A stretch of DNA of 64,000 nucleotides from an uncultured Patescibacteria group bacterium (lineage in GTDB: Bacteria > Patescibacteriota > Microgenomatia > UBA1400 > PJMF01), in NCBI GenBank assembly GCA_905478415.1, contig CAJQIG010000002.1, positions 120,834 through 184,833 on the forward strand. Direction: 5' to 3'. The notes under the pieces were generated by a model that worked only from the letters and a program-made list of their open reading frames with translations, searched no databases and was not told where the DNA came from. Of the stretch, positions 36,773-45,997 are shown piece by piece; position 1 is the stretch's first letter, and each line of letters opens with the position of its first letter. Position numbers and translations under genes: made by a program.

Positions 36773-37453
36773 ATGTTCCAAGAGCTTTCTTTTAGTTCAG
36801 TTACCAAAACCCAACTTTTCACCATGGGGGCTGTACTCCTTTTCTTAAGTGGTATAGCTACCGTTGGTTACGGACTTTGGGTTCTCTTCATCTCTCCTAG
36901 TACTGTATATAGTGCTGAAAGCCCGATTTCATGCGACACAGACGCTAATCCAGAGGAAAAACAAGACAACGTGGTAACAGAGATCACCGTAGCAGCGAGT
37001 GGAGCCGTTACTAACCCGGGTGTTTATACGCTTCAAGAAGATGCTCGGGTGGGTGATCTGGTAGCTGAAGCTGGTGGGTTTTCTAAAGTGGCGGATCCGG
37101 TGGTTCTCAGTCAATCGCTCAACTTGGCAAGGTCGCTTGCTGATGGTGAGGGAGTCTACATTCCTCAATTAGTCGATGAGGAGGTCTCTGCTGTGTGTGC
37201 TCAACTAGCTCAACTCTCAGAGAGCACTGGACTTCAACCACTTAAAAATGAAAAACAGGAGAGCTTCTTTGGATCAGTGGTTTCTGTAAATACAGCTTCA
37301 AACGAAGAACTCGAATCATTGTCAGGCATTGGCGAAAAGCGAGCAGAAGCAATTATTGGAGGAAGGCCATACACACAGTTGGATCAGTTAGTGGAACAAA
37401 AAATTTTATCAGAATCTCTCTTTTCAGAGTTGAAAGATTTGATATCTTTATGA
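36773..37453 (+). CDS. comEA: Competence protein ComEA (membrane anchor + SLBB domain + helix-hairpin-helix DNA-binding domain)
   Basis: TM anchor. SLBB-like segment VTEITVAASGAVTNPGVYTLQEDARVGDLVAEAGG. C-terminal HhH: SVNTASNEELESLSGIGEKRAEAIIGGRPYTQLDQL. Confidence 0.8.
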   Translation: MFQELSFSSVTKTQLFTMGAVLLFLSGIATVGYGLWVLFISPSTVYSAESPISCDTDANPEEKQDNVVTEITVAASGAVTNPGVYTLQEDARVGDLVAEAGGFSKVADPVVLSQSLNLARSLADGEGVYIPQLVDEEVSAVCAQLAQLSESTGLQPLKNEKQESFFGSVVSVNTASNEELESLSGIGEKRAEAIIGGRPYTQLDQLVEQKILSESLFSELKDLISL

Positions 37454-37974
37454 TGTTATCGGATGTTGCTATCGGACTCAATAAATCAGACTGCGTGTTT
37501 GAGAAAAAAAGAAAAACAGTCAGTTCATAAAATATTCGCCTCACTTACTGTTTGGGTTTTTAAATATATTTAAAAATATCAAAATAAGTATGTGTTTATA
37601 ATATAAAATATGATTAAATTGTTATTTTTAATTATATTTTGATACATAAATAGTAGTCGGTGTAATTGCAATAATTATAACTTAGGATGACCTTTGGTGA
37701 TCATTTATAGTCTGATAAGAGCTACCGATTGGTACAATCTGCAAAATAGGGGTGCTGCATGAGCTTTAAGAGTTGCATTTTTATGGTTTTGCCACCAGGC
37801 GAAAATCAAAGAAATGCTAGCAATAGTTCATCACCTGTTAGTAGTTTTGAATGCTTTTTAGCAAGCGAGATAGCAGACTGATAAGCCTATTTTTTAGCTA
37901 TAAAAGATTGATAGATAGGGTATTTGATTGTTTTATACTAGTGTAGTGGAGTCTTTACTTCGGTTAGTAGCTGT

Positions 37975-38934
37975 ATGACTTTTTTCCCGCTTCTTCAAAA
38001 AGCTCTCATAGAGTGTTCTCAAGAGTCACTCGAGGTGAAGGCGAGTGCTTTATTTGGCAGTTTGCTCTTGGGGTTGAACCTGGATAGAGCTGCTGAGCTA
38101 CAGTCTCAAATTAAAGTTACAGGGACGTTATATTTTTTCGTGATTTCTGGATTACATATCTCAATTTTGGCTCAAGCAGTAGTACAGTTGTTTATTGCCA
38201 TGAGGATTCCTAAGAGCCTTCATAAGGGGCTTTCATTTTTAGTTTTGGGCATGTATGGCGGGTTAATCGGTTTTTCAATTCCTGTTTTGAGAACAGTGAG
38301 TATGCGGTTCCATTCTGTGATTTCTGCCTTTCTTAAAAGATCAACTTCTGCGCAGTATGTGTTTTTTTTGAGTGTCATACTTGTTGGACTACTTGCTTTT
38401 TTTCAAACAGAGAAAACAGTGTCTTCAATTTCATTTCAACTATCTTATGGAGCTGTAGCGGGAATTCTTTTTTTGCTACCGAAAGAGAACTTTACTAAAA
38501 AATCAACTGGTTTTTCTCGAGTAGTCACTAGTTTTATTCGGAAAAATATATCGACTTCGGTGGCAATAAATATGTTATTAGTACCGTTGCTTTTACATTA
38601 TTTTGGCTCTTGGAGCCCCTTGAGTATTGTTTTTTCGGTTGTACTTTCTCCCTTGATTACACTTGTAGTAGTGCTTGGTTTTGGCTTTTTAGCCTGGGAA
38701 TTGGTGTCTCTAGGGCTTTCCTTAAGGAGTGAATACCTCTTGAAAGTGTTTGCTGGGGTTTTTCAAGTGTGTGTTGATATGCTTGTTTTTTTGTTAGATT
38801 GGTTTGCGGGCATTTCTTGGCAGTTTTCTGCAGATTTTTCGGTTACATTTCTAGTTTTGTATTATTTCTGCCTGGTAGGAGTTGTTGTTCTCTTTAAATA
38901 TGTCAAAAAAGTCTCTTTTTCTCCCTTTCTATAG
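37975..38934 (+). CDS. comEC: ComEC/Rec2 competence-domain (membrane channel) portion; continues into 38882-39859 in another frame
   Basis: Polytopic membrane protein carrying the competence-domain signature ALFGSLLLGLNLDRAAELQSQIKVTGTLYFFVISGLHISILAQ. Confidence 0.7.
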   Translation: MTFFPLLQKALIECSQESLEVKASALFGSLLLGLNLDRAAELQSQIKVTGTLYFFVISGLHISILAQAVVQLFIAMRIPKSLHKGLSFLVLGMYGGLIGFSIPVLRTVSMRFHSVISAFLKRSTSAQYVFFLSVILVGLLAFFQTEKTVSSISFQLSYGAVAGILFLLPKENFTKKSTGFSRVVTSFIRKNISTSVAINMLLVPLLLHYFGSWSPLSIVFSVVLSPLITLVVVLGFGFLAWELVSLGLSLRSEYLLKVFAGVFQVCVDMLVFLLDWFAGISWQFSADFSVTFLVLYYFCLVGVVVLFKYVKKVSFSPFL

Positions 38935-39859
38935 ATACCTACTCACTTTGAGTGTGGTTCTGTGTGTAGCTGTTGGTATGCAGTACCCATCAGAGGGAGT
39001 CACCGTAGCTTTCTGTGATGTTGGACAAGGAGATGCGATACTCCTTTCATATCAATCGACACAACTTCTTATTGATGCTGGTCCAGGCGAAGAAGTGCTT
39101 GTTTGTCTAGAGGAAGCACTCCCATATTGGGATAAAACGATCGAATTTGCTATTGCTACGCATCCAGATTTAGATCATATTGGTGGTTTTCCTCTGGTAG
39201 CAGAACATTATTTTCTTCAGAAGATGCTCTATCTTCCGCTCGAGCCAGAGTCAAAAGTAAGTTACCGTTTCTACGAAATGCTTGCAAATATACAGTCTGA
39301 AGGTGCGGTTCTTTTGATTCCTACTCGAGGAGAAAGGTATCGGGTTGGTAGTTTGATATCTTTTGAGGTGATCAGCCCATTTTTGCCGCTACGCCTGGAA
39401 AAGGGGTGTGAAAAGAGCATCGCCGAAACCTACTTATGGGATAAAAATGGATGTTTTTTTAACCGAAAAAAGGGTAGTCTAATAGATAAAAACAACCTAT
39501 CGATAGGTATAAAATTAGAAATAGGACCAGTGGTGTTTTTAATGATGGCAGACCTTGAGGAAGAGGCAGAAATGGCAATGCTGAGGAGTCAAATGCTACA
39601 TCGAGTAAATGTGTTAAAAGTGGGGCACCATGGGTCTAAATCAAGCACAACACAACCATTTATCGAGGTAACGAGACCCGAAGTTTCAGTGGTTTCTGTT
39701 GGCAAAAATAACGCTTATAATCACCCCGCACCTCAAGTAGTGCAACGATTAGAAGATATCGGCAGTACTGTATTGAGGACAGATACTCTGGGGACAGTCG
39801 AGTTTCTGGTTCAAGGCGATGTGTTTTGGAGTAAAAATCATAGCTATTACTGGAAATAA
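38882..39859 (+). CDS. comEC: ComEC/Rec2 metallo-beta-lactamase domain portion (+1 frame relative to 37975-38934, 53-nt overlap)
   Basis: VAFCDVGQGDAILLSYQSTQLLIDAGPGEE...IATHPDLDHIGGFPLV...LKVGHHGSKSSTT (ComEC MBL-domain motifs). Confidence 0.75.
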   Translation: MLFSLNMSKKSLFLPFYRYLLTLSVVLCVAVGMQYPSEGVTVAFCDVGQGDAILLSYQSTQLLIDAGPGEEVLVCLEEALPYWDKTIEFAIATHPDLDHIGGFPLVAEHYFLQKMLYLPLEPESKVSYRFYEMLANIQSEGAVLLIPTRGERYRVGSLISFEVISPFLPLRLEKGCEKSIAETYLWDKNGCFFNRKKGSLIDKNNLSIGIKLEIGPVVFLMMADLEEEAEMAMLRSQMLHRVNVLKVGHHGSKSSTTQPFIEVTRPEVSVVSVGKNNAYNHPAPQVVQRLEDIGSTVLRTDTLGTVEFLVQGDVFWSKNHSYYWK

Positions 39860-40399
39860 TAGTGGTTTTTAACAAAACATGTTAATTTGCAATCTATAGT
39901 TACCCACTCTTTCATGTTTTGCATATGTTAGCAAGTAGTAATTTATAAAATAGGCGAAAAAAATACGAATAATAGTTGAGAAAAATAGGAAAAAAGAAGC
40001 GAGCTCATTTGTAGGTCCAAAATCGGCTTATCTCACCTTTTCCTATACGAAGAGACATGATTCAAAAAGAGAGTTGTCAGTACTCTTACTCGATAAACAC
40101 ATGCTTTTTTGTATTTCTCTGTACCAGGGAGACCTGGAAAAAATCTACATACATCTTATCTCTCGGCAGTGCTTTGTTTTTTTTGATACTAAAAGAAAAA
40201 GTGTTTTACTGTTTCTGCCTAACGAGAATCAAAGAGCGGAAAATGAAAAAAGTGTCAGCAGTTTTTGAGACTATTTTAAGTAAAAATTTAAAACACGTAG
40301 ATAACCCGTAAATAATTGTTTTATGCTCTTTTAGTAAAAAGAGAGGTTCTGTTTTGTAAAAAATCACTAATAGAGTACTTTTTGTTTGTCTGGTAGATT

Positions 40400-40755
40400 G
40401 ATAATTTAGTTTAATGGGGTGTCCAGTGGTTGCAACAAAATGTACTCAAAATAATTCGGGTAACATTTGGATGTTAGACCTTACTCAGTTTGTCTGATAT
40501 ACTGTGGTTACATTCGTTTTGAAGGAAAGTCGCGCTTCCGGATAGCACTTTTTTCTTGAGAAAAAGTACTAGCGAAGACCACAAAATATGGTCCGTCTGA
40601 GCACGTTACGCAGAGACTTACGAGCAAAAACATGCAAGATAAGTCAACAAGTTTGTACTAGTGATGGTACAGAAAAGAGAGGGTGGTACCGTTTAAAACA
40701 GATGTATACTGTTGTAAGCCCCTTTTTGTATGAAGTATCGAATCAATGCATCACT
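40400..40755 (+). promoter_or_regulatory. Candidate T-box riboswitch-type leader upstream of argS (T-box core AGGGTGGTACCG at 40680-40691)
   Basis: Exact match to the conserved T-box core GGGUGGUACCG, whose UGGU bulge fits a tRNA with A73 (the tRNA-Arg in this window has an A discriminator). Preceded by hairpin GTACtagtgatgGTAC (40655-40670). Candidate Arg specifier AGA triplets lie upstream. No canonical downstream terminator seen. Confidence 0.4.
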
Positions 40756-42702
40756 ATGCCATCCACTTATTCAACTGTAGCCACACTTAAAGACTTTGTT
40801 TTTGATGCGCTCACACGACTCCAGTTATCCCAAAACACTTCGATTGATGATTTTATTGTTGAACGGGTTAGTGACCCAGCTCATGGTCATTTTTCTACGA
40901 CTGTAGCACTCAAACTTTATGGGGCCTTACAAAAGGATGCCCCAGAACTACTTGCATCACTGCAAGTCTCAAACCCCAGAGAGCTTGCTCAAAAAATTGC
41001 AGATGAGCTCGTCCAGGGAACTACTGAAGTCTTTGCAGATGTTTCTGTGGCCGGCGCTGGATTTGTAAATATGCGACTGACTACGTCATTTATTTTGGCT
41101 CAGCTTTCAGACCACTGTACCGAAGCAGCTATTCAGATAGATCAAGAGTTACAAGACCAAAAAATTATGGTTGAGTTTACCGACCCAAATCCGTTCAAAG
41201 AACTACACATCGGGCATTTGTACAGTAATACCGTTGGTGAAGCGATTTCACGCATCTTAGAAGCCCAAGGAGCGATAGTTCATCGTGCTTGTTACCAAGG
41301 TGATGTGGGTATGCATGTAGCGAAGAGTATTTGGGGGATGCGACAGCTGTTCACAGAAGAGTTTGCTGAGCTGTCATATTCAGAAGCTTTGCAAAAACTC
41401 GAAATGCAAAATCTCTCAAGTCGAGTTAAATTCCTCGGACGTTCCTATGCAGTTGGAGCCACAGCTTACAAAGAAGATCCAGCAGCTGCTGAGGAAATGA
41501 AAGATATTAACTACTTAACGTTTCTCTCAGGTCAAGAAAATCTTGTGGCTGAAGGTGGTTGGGAGCCACAGGTCGATTATCGTCAATATGTAGCCCAGAC
41601 AAACCTTGATTTTGAAGAAATTAAAACGCTTTACACGCAGGGGAGAGCTTGGTCTCTCGACTATTTCAACCAGATGTATGAGCGAATTGGTATGCAGTTT
41701 GACAACTTCTTTTACGAAAGTGTTGTGGGTGAGTATGGTGCCAAAATTGTGAAAGAATTTCTCAAAAAAGGAGTCTTTGAAGAGAGCCAAGGGGCAGTCA
41801 TTTTTCCTGGTAAAAAACATGGCTTACATGACAGAGTTTTCATTAACTCGCTGGGACTTCCTACCTACGAGGCTAAGGAACTCGGTCTGGCTCCAGAAAA
41901 GTATAGACGTTTCGCATACGATACTTCACTCATCATTACAGGAAATGAAATTGACGAGTATTTTAAAGTGTTGTTAAAAGCTTTAGAGTTCACTAATCCC
42001 GATCTTCGAGCCAAAACAAAACACCTGTCTCACGGCATGGTTCGATTGCCCGAAGGCAAAATGTCGAGCCGAACGGGAAAGATTTTGAGTGCCCAATGGT
42101 TGATTGATGAAGCTCATACACGTATCACTACCGTGCTTGCAGATACCCGCGAACACATGAGTCAAGCAGATCGTGACCAAATCTCAGAGGTAGTGGGGCT
42201 CAGCGCCATTAAATTCGCCTTTTTAAAGCAGTCAGTAGGCAAAGATATTGCTTTTAACTTTGAAGAATCGTTGGCATTTAGCGGAAATTCTGGACCGTAC
42301 CTCTTGTATTCATATGTTAGAACCAAGAGCGTTTTACAAAAGGCCGAGGACGCAGCCAAAGAAAGCCAAAAAAGATCTATTGCTAAACAATTTGATATGG
42401 TTAATGATATTATGAAGTCACAAAAGTATGCTTTTTCACAAACCGAAGAAGATATCTTACTTAATATATTGATATATTCTGATAGCTTTAAAAAAGCAGC
42501 CCAAGAATATGCTCCACACCACATTGCAGTGCATCTTTTTGAATTAGCACAGCTTTTTAATGTTTTCTACAGTGAGGGGCAAATTGTTGCTACAAAGCAG
42601 CCCGAAGTGAGTGCTGTTAGAATAGTGATAACGAGACTTGTTTCACAGGTGCTCGAACATGGATTAGTTAGTCTTGGTATTAAAACAGTAGAAAAAATGT
42701 AA
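40756..42702 (+). CDS. argS: Arginyl-tRNA synthetase. Start chosen at MPSTYSTVATLKD; alternative ATG at 40702. The long ORF start at 40588 is rejected because the T-box core lies inside it.
   Basis: N-terminal Arg_tRNA_synt_N-like region, HIGH motif (ELHIGHLYSNTVGE), MSSRTGK (KMSK-like), and a C-terminal DALR anticodon-binding region. Confidence 0.9.
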   Translation: MPSTYSTVATLKDFVFDALTRLQLSQNTSIDDFIVERVSDPAHGHFSTTVALKLYGALQKDAPELLASLQVSNPRELAQKIADELVQGTTEVFADVSVAGAGFVNMRLTTSFILAQLSDHCTEAAIQIDQELQDQKIMVEFTDPNPFKELHIGHLYSNTVGEAISRILEAQGAIVHRACYQGDVGMHVAKSIWGMRQLFTEEFAELSYSEALQKLEMQNLSSRVKFLGRSYAVGATAYKEDPAAAEEMKDINYLTFLSGQENLVAEGGWEPQVDYRQYVAQTNLDFEEIKTLYTQGRAWSLDYFNQMYERIGMQFDNFFYESVVGEYGAKIVKEFLKKGVFEESQGAVIFPGKKHGLHDRVFINSLGLPTYEAKELGLAPEKYRRFAYDTSLIITGNEIDEYFKVLLKALEFTNPDLRAKTKHLSHGMVRLPEGKMSSRTGKILSAQWLIDEAHTRITTVLADTREHMSQADRDQISEVVGLSAIKFAFLKQSVGKDIAFNFEESLAFSGNSGPYLLYSYVRTKSVLQKAEDAAKESQKRSIAKQFDMVNDIMKSQKYAFSQTEEDILLNILIYSDSFKKAAQEYAPHHIAVHLFELAQLFNVFYSEGQIVATKQPEVSAVRIVITRLVSQVLEHGLVSLGIKTVEKM

Positions 42703-42745
42703 CAAAGCTCACAAAAGCTTTGAGATTGATGGAAAGAAAGGTTGG

Positions 42746-44056
42746 TTGCACACTATGACAAAGCACACTCTTAAGAAGTTGAAAAATGGTCCGTCGGTGA
42801 TTATGGTTCCGATGCCAGGAGTTGAGTCAGTTACCGTTTTGGCACTGTGTAATACAGGATCTCGTTTTGAGAAGCCTCGAGAAGAGGGAATTGCTCACTT
42901 TTTTGAACACATGGTGTTTAAGGGGACGACTAAGTACCCTACTGCTCAAGTTTTAGCCAAGGCTATTGACTCTATTGGAGCTGATTTTAATGCGTTTACC
43001 AGCAAAGAATACACTGGCTACTATGTGAAATCGGGTAGTAAGCATACGCAAGTTGCGCTCGATGTTGTTTCTGACATGTTGCTGCAACCATTGCTTCGAC
43101 AAGATGATATTGATCGAGAAAAAGGGGTGATTGTCGAGGAAATTAACATGTATGAAGATATGCCAATGCGGCAAGTCGAGAATGTGTTTGAGCGTATGGT
43201 CTTTAAAGGCTCAGCACTCAGCCATGACATTTTAGGTTCGAAAGAGACAGTAAATGCTCTCAAGACCAGCAATTTTAAGCGCTTCCTCAAACAGTGGTAT
43301 GGACTCGAAAATATGTTGATTGTGCTGGCAGGTGATCCTTCAGTTGTTTCAGATAAAGAAACACTCAAACTTGTTTCAGAGTCATTTAGTAAAGAAACAG
43401 ATGTGAGAGCTTTGGGCAAGTACGATGTTCTCTCAAATTTAAGTAAAAAAGGGCCATGGTCTCCGCATAAACTCGAAGTTGCATACAAAAAAACCGAACA
43501 GGCTCACTTAGTACTCGGTTGGCCAAGTATAGCTCGATCTGATGAGCAACGTCACTTGCTTTCTTTAGCAAGTGTTATGCTTGGAGGTAACATGAGCTCC
43601 CGACTTTTTACTGAAGTAAGAGAACAGCGAGGACTGTGTTACTACGTTCGAACTTCAACTGATTACTATCATGATACTGGTGTATTTGGTGCATCTGCTG
43701 GAGTGGCTCCAAAACGAATTTTTGAAGCTATTAAGGTTATCAAGGAAGAATTTACTCAATTAGGTTCTGGAGAACGTCCATTTACCGAAGAAGAGTTAGC
43801 TAGTGCCAAGGAGTATCTCATTGGAACTATGACACTTTCATTCGAAGACAGTCGCTCCGTGGCTCAATACTATGGTTTAAAGCAACTCCTGAGCAATGAA
43901 GTCAAGGACCCTGATACCTTTATTGCAAAGATTAAAGCAGCTACTCTTGAAGAGATAAACAAGGTAGTGCAGAAAATTATCACCGTTGATGGTATGCGGC
44001 TCGCGGTTATTGGTCCCTACAAATCTACTCAAAAATTTCAGGAGTTCGTAGGGTAA
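42746..44056 (+). CDS. M16-family (pitrilysin/insulinase-like) zinc peptidase
   Basis: Inverted zinc-binding motif HFFEHMVFKGT (HxxEH) with a downstream Glu, plus a two-domain M16 architecture. Confidence 0.85.
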   Translation: MHTMTKHTLKKLKNGPSVIMVPMPGVESVTVLALCNTGSRFEKPREEGIAHFFEHMVFKGTTKYPTAQVLAKAIDSIGADFNAFTSKEYTGYYVKSGSKHTQVALDVVSDMLLQPLLRQDDIDREKGVIVEEINMYEDMPMRQVENVFERMVFKGSALSHDILGSKETVNALKTSNFKRFLKQWYGLENMLIVLAGDPSVVSDKETLKLVSESFSKETDVRALGKYDVLSNLSKKGPWSPHKLEVAYKKTEQAHLVLGWPSIARSDEQRHLLSLASVMLGGNMSSRLFTEVREQRGLCYYVRTSTDYYHDTGVFGASAGVAPKRIFEAIKVIKEEFTQLGSGERPFTEEELASAKEYLIGTMTLSFEDSRSVAQYYGLKQLLSNEVKDPDTFIAKIKAATLEEINKVVQKIITVDGMRLAVIGPYKSTQKFQEFVG

Positions 44057-44119
44057 AATAGAAACTCGGTAAAAAGTATACATAAAGTTGTAAATACTTA
44101 ATAAAAGAAAGGATTTTTT

Positions 44120-44602
44120 ATGTCAGATACATCAAGAACAGCTGTGCTGGTTAAGCCAGACGGCCTCCAAAGAGGACTCATTGGCGAAATTATTAGCCGT
44201 TTTGAGCGCAAAGGCCTCAAGTTGATTGGTTTGAAGATGGTTAACTTAAGTGATGATCAACTCTCAGCCTGGTATGTAGAGCACAAAGACAAGAGTTTCT
44301 TCGGAGACTTGAAGTCATTTATGGGTTCAATGCCAATTGTTTCGATGGTTTGGGAGGGGATTGATGCCGTTCCAGTCGTCAGAAAGTTAGTAGGAACTAC
44401 TTTGGGTCGTGAAGCTGAAGCTGGCTCGATTCGTGGCGATTTTGGCATGAGTCAACAGTTTAACTTAATCCATGCTTCCTCGAGTGGTAGTGATGCCAAA
44501 CGCGAAATTGCGATTGTGTTCGATACAGATGAACTTTTTGAGTATGCAGGCGTTCGTGAAGCAGTTATCTATGCTGATTACGAGATGGCTGACCTCAAGT
44601 AA
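44120..44602 (+). CDS. ndk: Nucleoside diphosphate kinase
   Basis: RTAVLVKPDGLQRGLIGEIISRFERKGLKLIGLKM...; active-site region NLIHASSSGSDAKREI (NxxHGSD-like). Confidence 0.85.
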   Translation: MSDTSRTAVLVKPDGLQRGLIGEIISRFERKGLKLIGLKMVNLSDDQLSAWYVEHKDKSFFGDLKSFMGSMPIVSMVWEGIDAVPVVRKLVGTTLGREAEAGSIRGDFGMSQQFNLIHASSSGSDAKREIAIVFDTDELFEYAGVREAVIYADYEMADLK

Positions 44603-44638
44603 AAGAGCAATTTTGATCTTTGAAATTGAATGAATGGG

Positions 44639-44668
44639 CACCAGGCTTTTAGCCTGGTGTTTTTTTAT
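44639..44668 (+). terminator. Rho-independent terminator after ndk
   Basis: CACCAGGCttttaGCCTGGTG followed by TTTTTTT. Confidence 0.7.
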
Positions 44669-44757
44669 TTACCTCTGGTAGGTTGCTTGTAAAAAGACCT
44701 ATAATGTGTTATACTAGTAAGTGATAGTAGTACCGAAATCTTTTTTTTAAACTAAGG

Positions 44758-44784
44758 TTTTAAGGTGCTGCTAGCACCTTAAAA
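44758..44784. promoter_or_regulatory. Perfect 12-bp inverted repeat with 3-bp spacer between the putative promoter and the RBS of the lipoprotein gene (candidate operator or leader hairpin)
   Basis: TTTTAAGGTGCT-gct-AGCACCTTAAAA, ~30 nt upstream of the start codon and followed by GAGGAGG. Not followed by a T-run. Confidence 0.35.
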
Positions 44785-44811
44785 TCATGAGAAAAAATCC
44801 CGAGGAGGATT

Positions 44812-45768
44812 GTGATGCATCGTTTATATACGATTGGCTTGCTTATTGTGTCTTTGATTTCTTTTGTTGCCTGTGGTGGAAGTGAAATTGCCCAAGAATT
44901 GGGCTTTCAGCCAGCATTTACTGTCGGCACTTTGACCGATGTGGATGGTTACGAAACCACTGATGGAGAAATTTACGTGTCTGGACTGTCTGGATGTGTG
45001 GTTGCTCCGAGTATCGGTGGAAGTATTAACCAGGCACAACTTACCATGGAAGAAGGCGAAAGCACGATTAAGCTCGTGCAAAAAGAAGGTGTCTGGAATG
45101 GTTATGCGACCAATCCTGATCTGATTACTTATAAGGCTTTACAGGGTGAGTTAAATTGCTCTGAAGCATTTGCCTTCGAATTAGCACCCATTGACCAACT
45201 TTCATCATCTGATGGAAATTTTGCTATTGATGCGGAAATTGCAGAATTAGTGAGTTTTTCCATTACTAGCGGAAAGTACCAGACCAGTGATCCGATCACT
45301 GGTTGTCATTTGACCGATGATGGTCAAGATGTGGCAGGGTTTGAGCAAGGTGTTCAGATTATCCCAAAGACAGATGAGATCATTGGGTTTAACCCCAATA
45401 ATGGCGGTTTGTCTGGTGAATTTACTGTTACGCCTTTTGAAGGCAATGAATGTCCGCTGGTTGCGACTGTTTCTCCAAGTTTGGTTTCTGTTGGTGAAGG
45501 TACTGTAGTAATATATGTAACCGATGCTACAAATGATACTGAAATTGCGAGGGCAGAAGTTCGCTTAGTTGTTGTCGGTCATATGTATGCACCGGCATAC
45601 ACGGATAACAATGGGTATGCTTACTTCGAGAATGTTACCTCTGAAAATGATGGAGCAGAAGTGCATGTTTCGGCCAATGGGTATGAAAACTCTTGGCAGA
45701 ATGTATCTTTGTCTCAGTTGGTTGGCAAGCTGCCAATGGCATACAGCCTACAGCCAGTTCAACAATAA
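44812..45768 (+). CDS. Lipoprotein with a carboxypeptidase-regulatory-like C-terminal domain; function unknown
   Basis: Lipobox LISFVAC|GG after a hydrophobic signal. C-terminal VVIYVTDATNDTEIARAEVRLVVVGHMYAPAYTDNNGYAYFENV. Confidence 0.55.
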   Translation: MMHRLYTIGLLIVSLISFVACGGSEIAQELGFQPAFTVGTLTDVDGYETTDGEIYVSGLSGCVVAPSIGGSINQAQLTMEEGESTIKLVQKEGVWNGYATNPDLITYKALQGELNCSEAFAFELAPIDQLSSSDGNFAIDAEIAELVSFSITSGKYQTSDPITGCHLTDDGQDVAGFEQGVQIIPKTDEIIGFNPNNGGLSGEFTVTPFEGNECPLVATVSPSLVSVGEGTVVIYVTDATNDTEIARAEVRLVVVGHMYAPAYTDNNGYAYFENVTSENDGAEVHVSANGYENSWQNVSLSQLVGKLPMAYSLQPVQQ

Positions 45769-45784
45769 TTTCTCATGTATTTAA

Positions 45785-45812
45785 AAGAGCGTCCTTAGTG
45801 GCGCTCTTTTTG
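45785..45812 (+). terminator. Rho-independent terminator after the lipoprotein gene
   Basis: AGAGCGtccttagtgGCGCTCT followed by TTTT. Confidence 0.6.
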
Positions 45813-45824
45813 CGTTCAAGTTGT

Positions 45825-45842
45825 GTGTCCCCACTGGGAATC
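45825..45842. repeat. Direct repeat of the 3' end of tRNA-Arg (18/20 nt including flanking bases); att-site-like scar
   Basis: gtgtgtccccaCtgggaatc (45823-45842) versus atgtgtccccaCCgggaatc (45995-46014). Confidence 0.55.
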
Positions 45843-45997
45843 TCCCCTCCGGGGGTTAACCAGGCGCTTCGTAGTGTTTAGTTGAAAAAAGTTTTTGGTC
45901 GCTTGGTGGTAGAACTACTTTCGCATGGCTCAAGTGGCTCAGTTCAGTTGCAAGGAACTATATAAAAAAACAGACACCTGTCTGTCATTTTTATATG

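Noticed and set aside
40588-40755. N-terminal 56-aa extension of the argS ORF (MVRLSTLRRDLRAKTCKISQQVCTSDGTEKRGWYRLKQ...)
   Set aside because: Contains the T-box core and hairpin; the composition is not ArgRS-like. A canonical ArgRS N-terminal domain begins at the internal Met (40756) or possibly at 40702.
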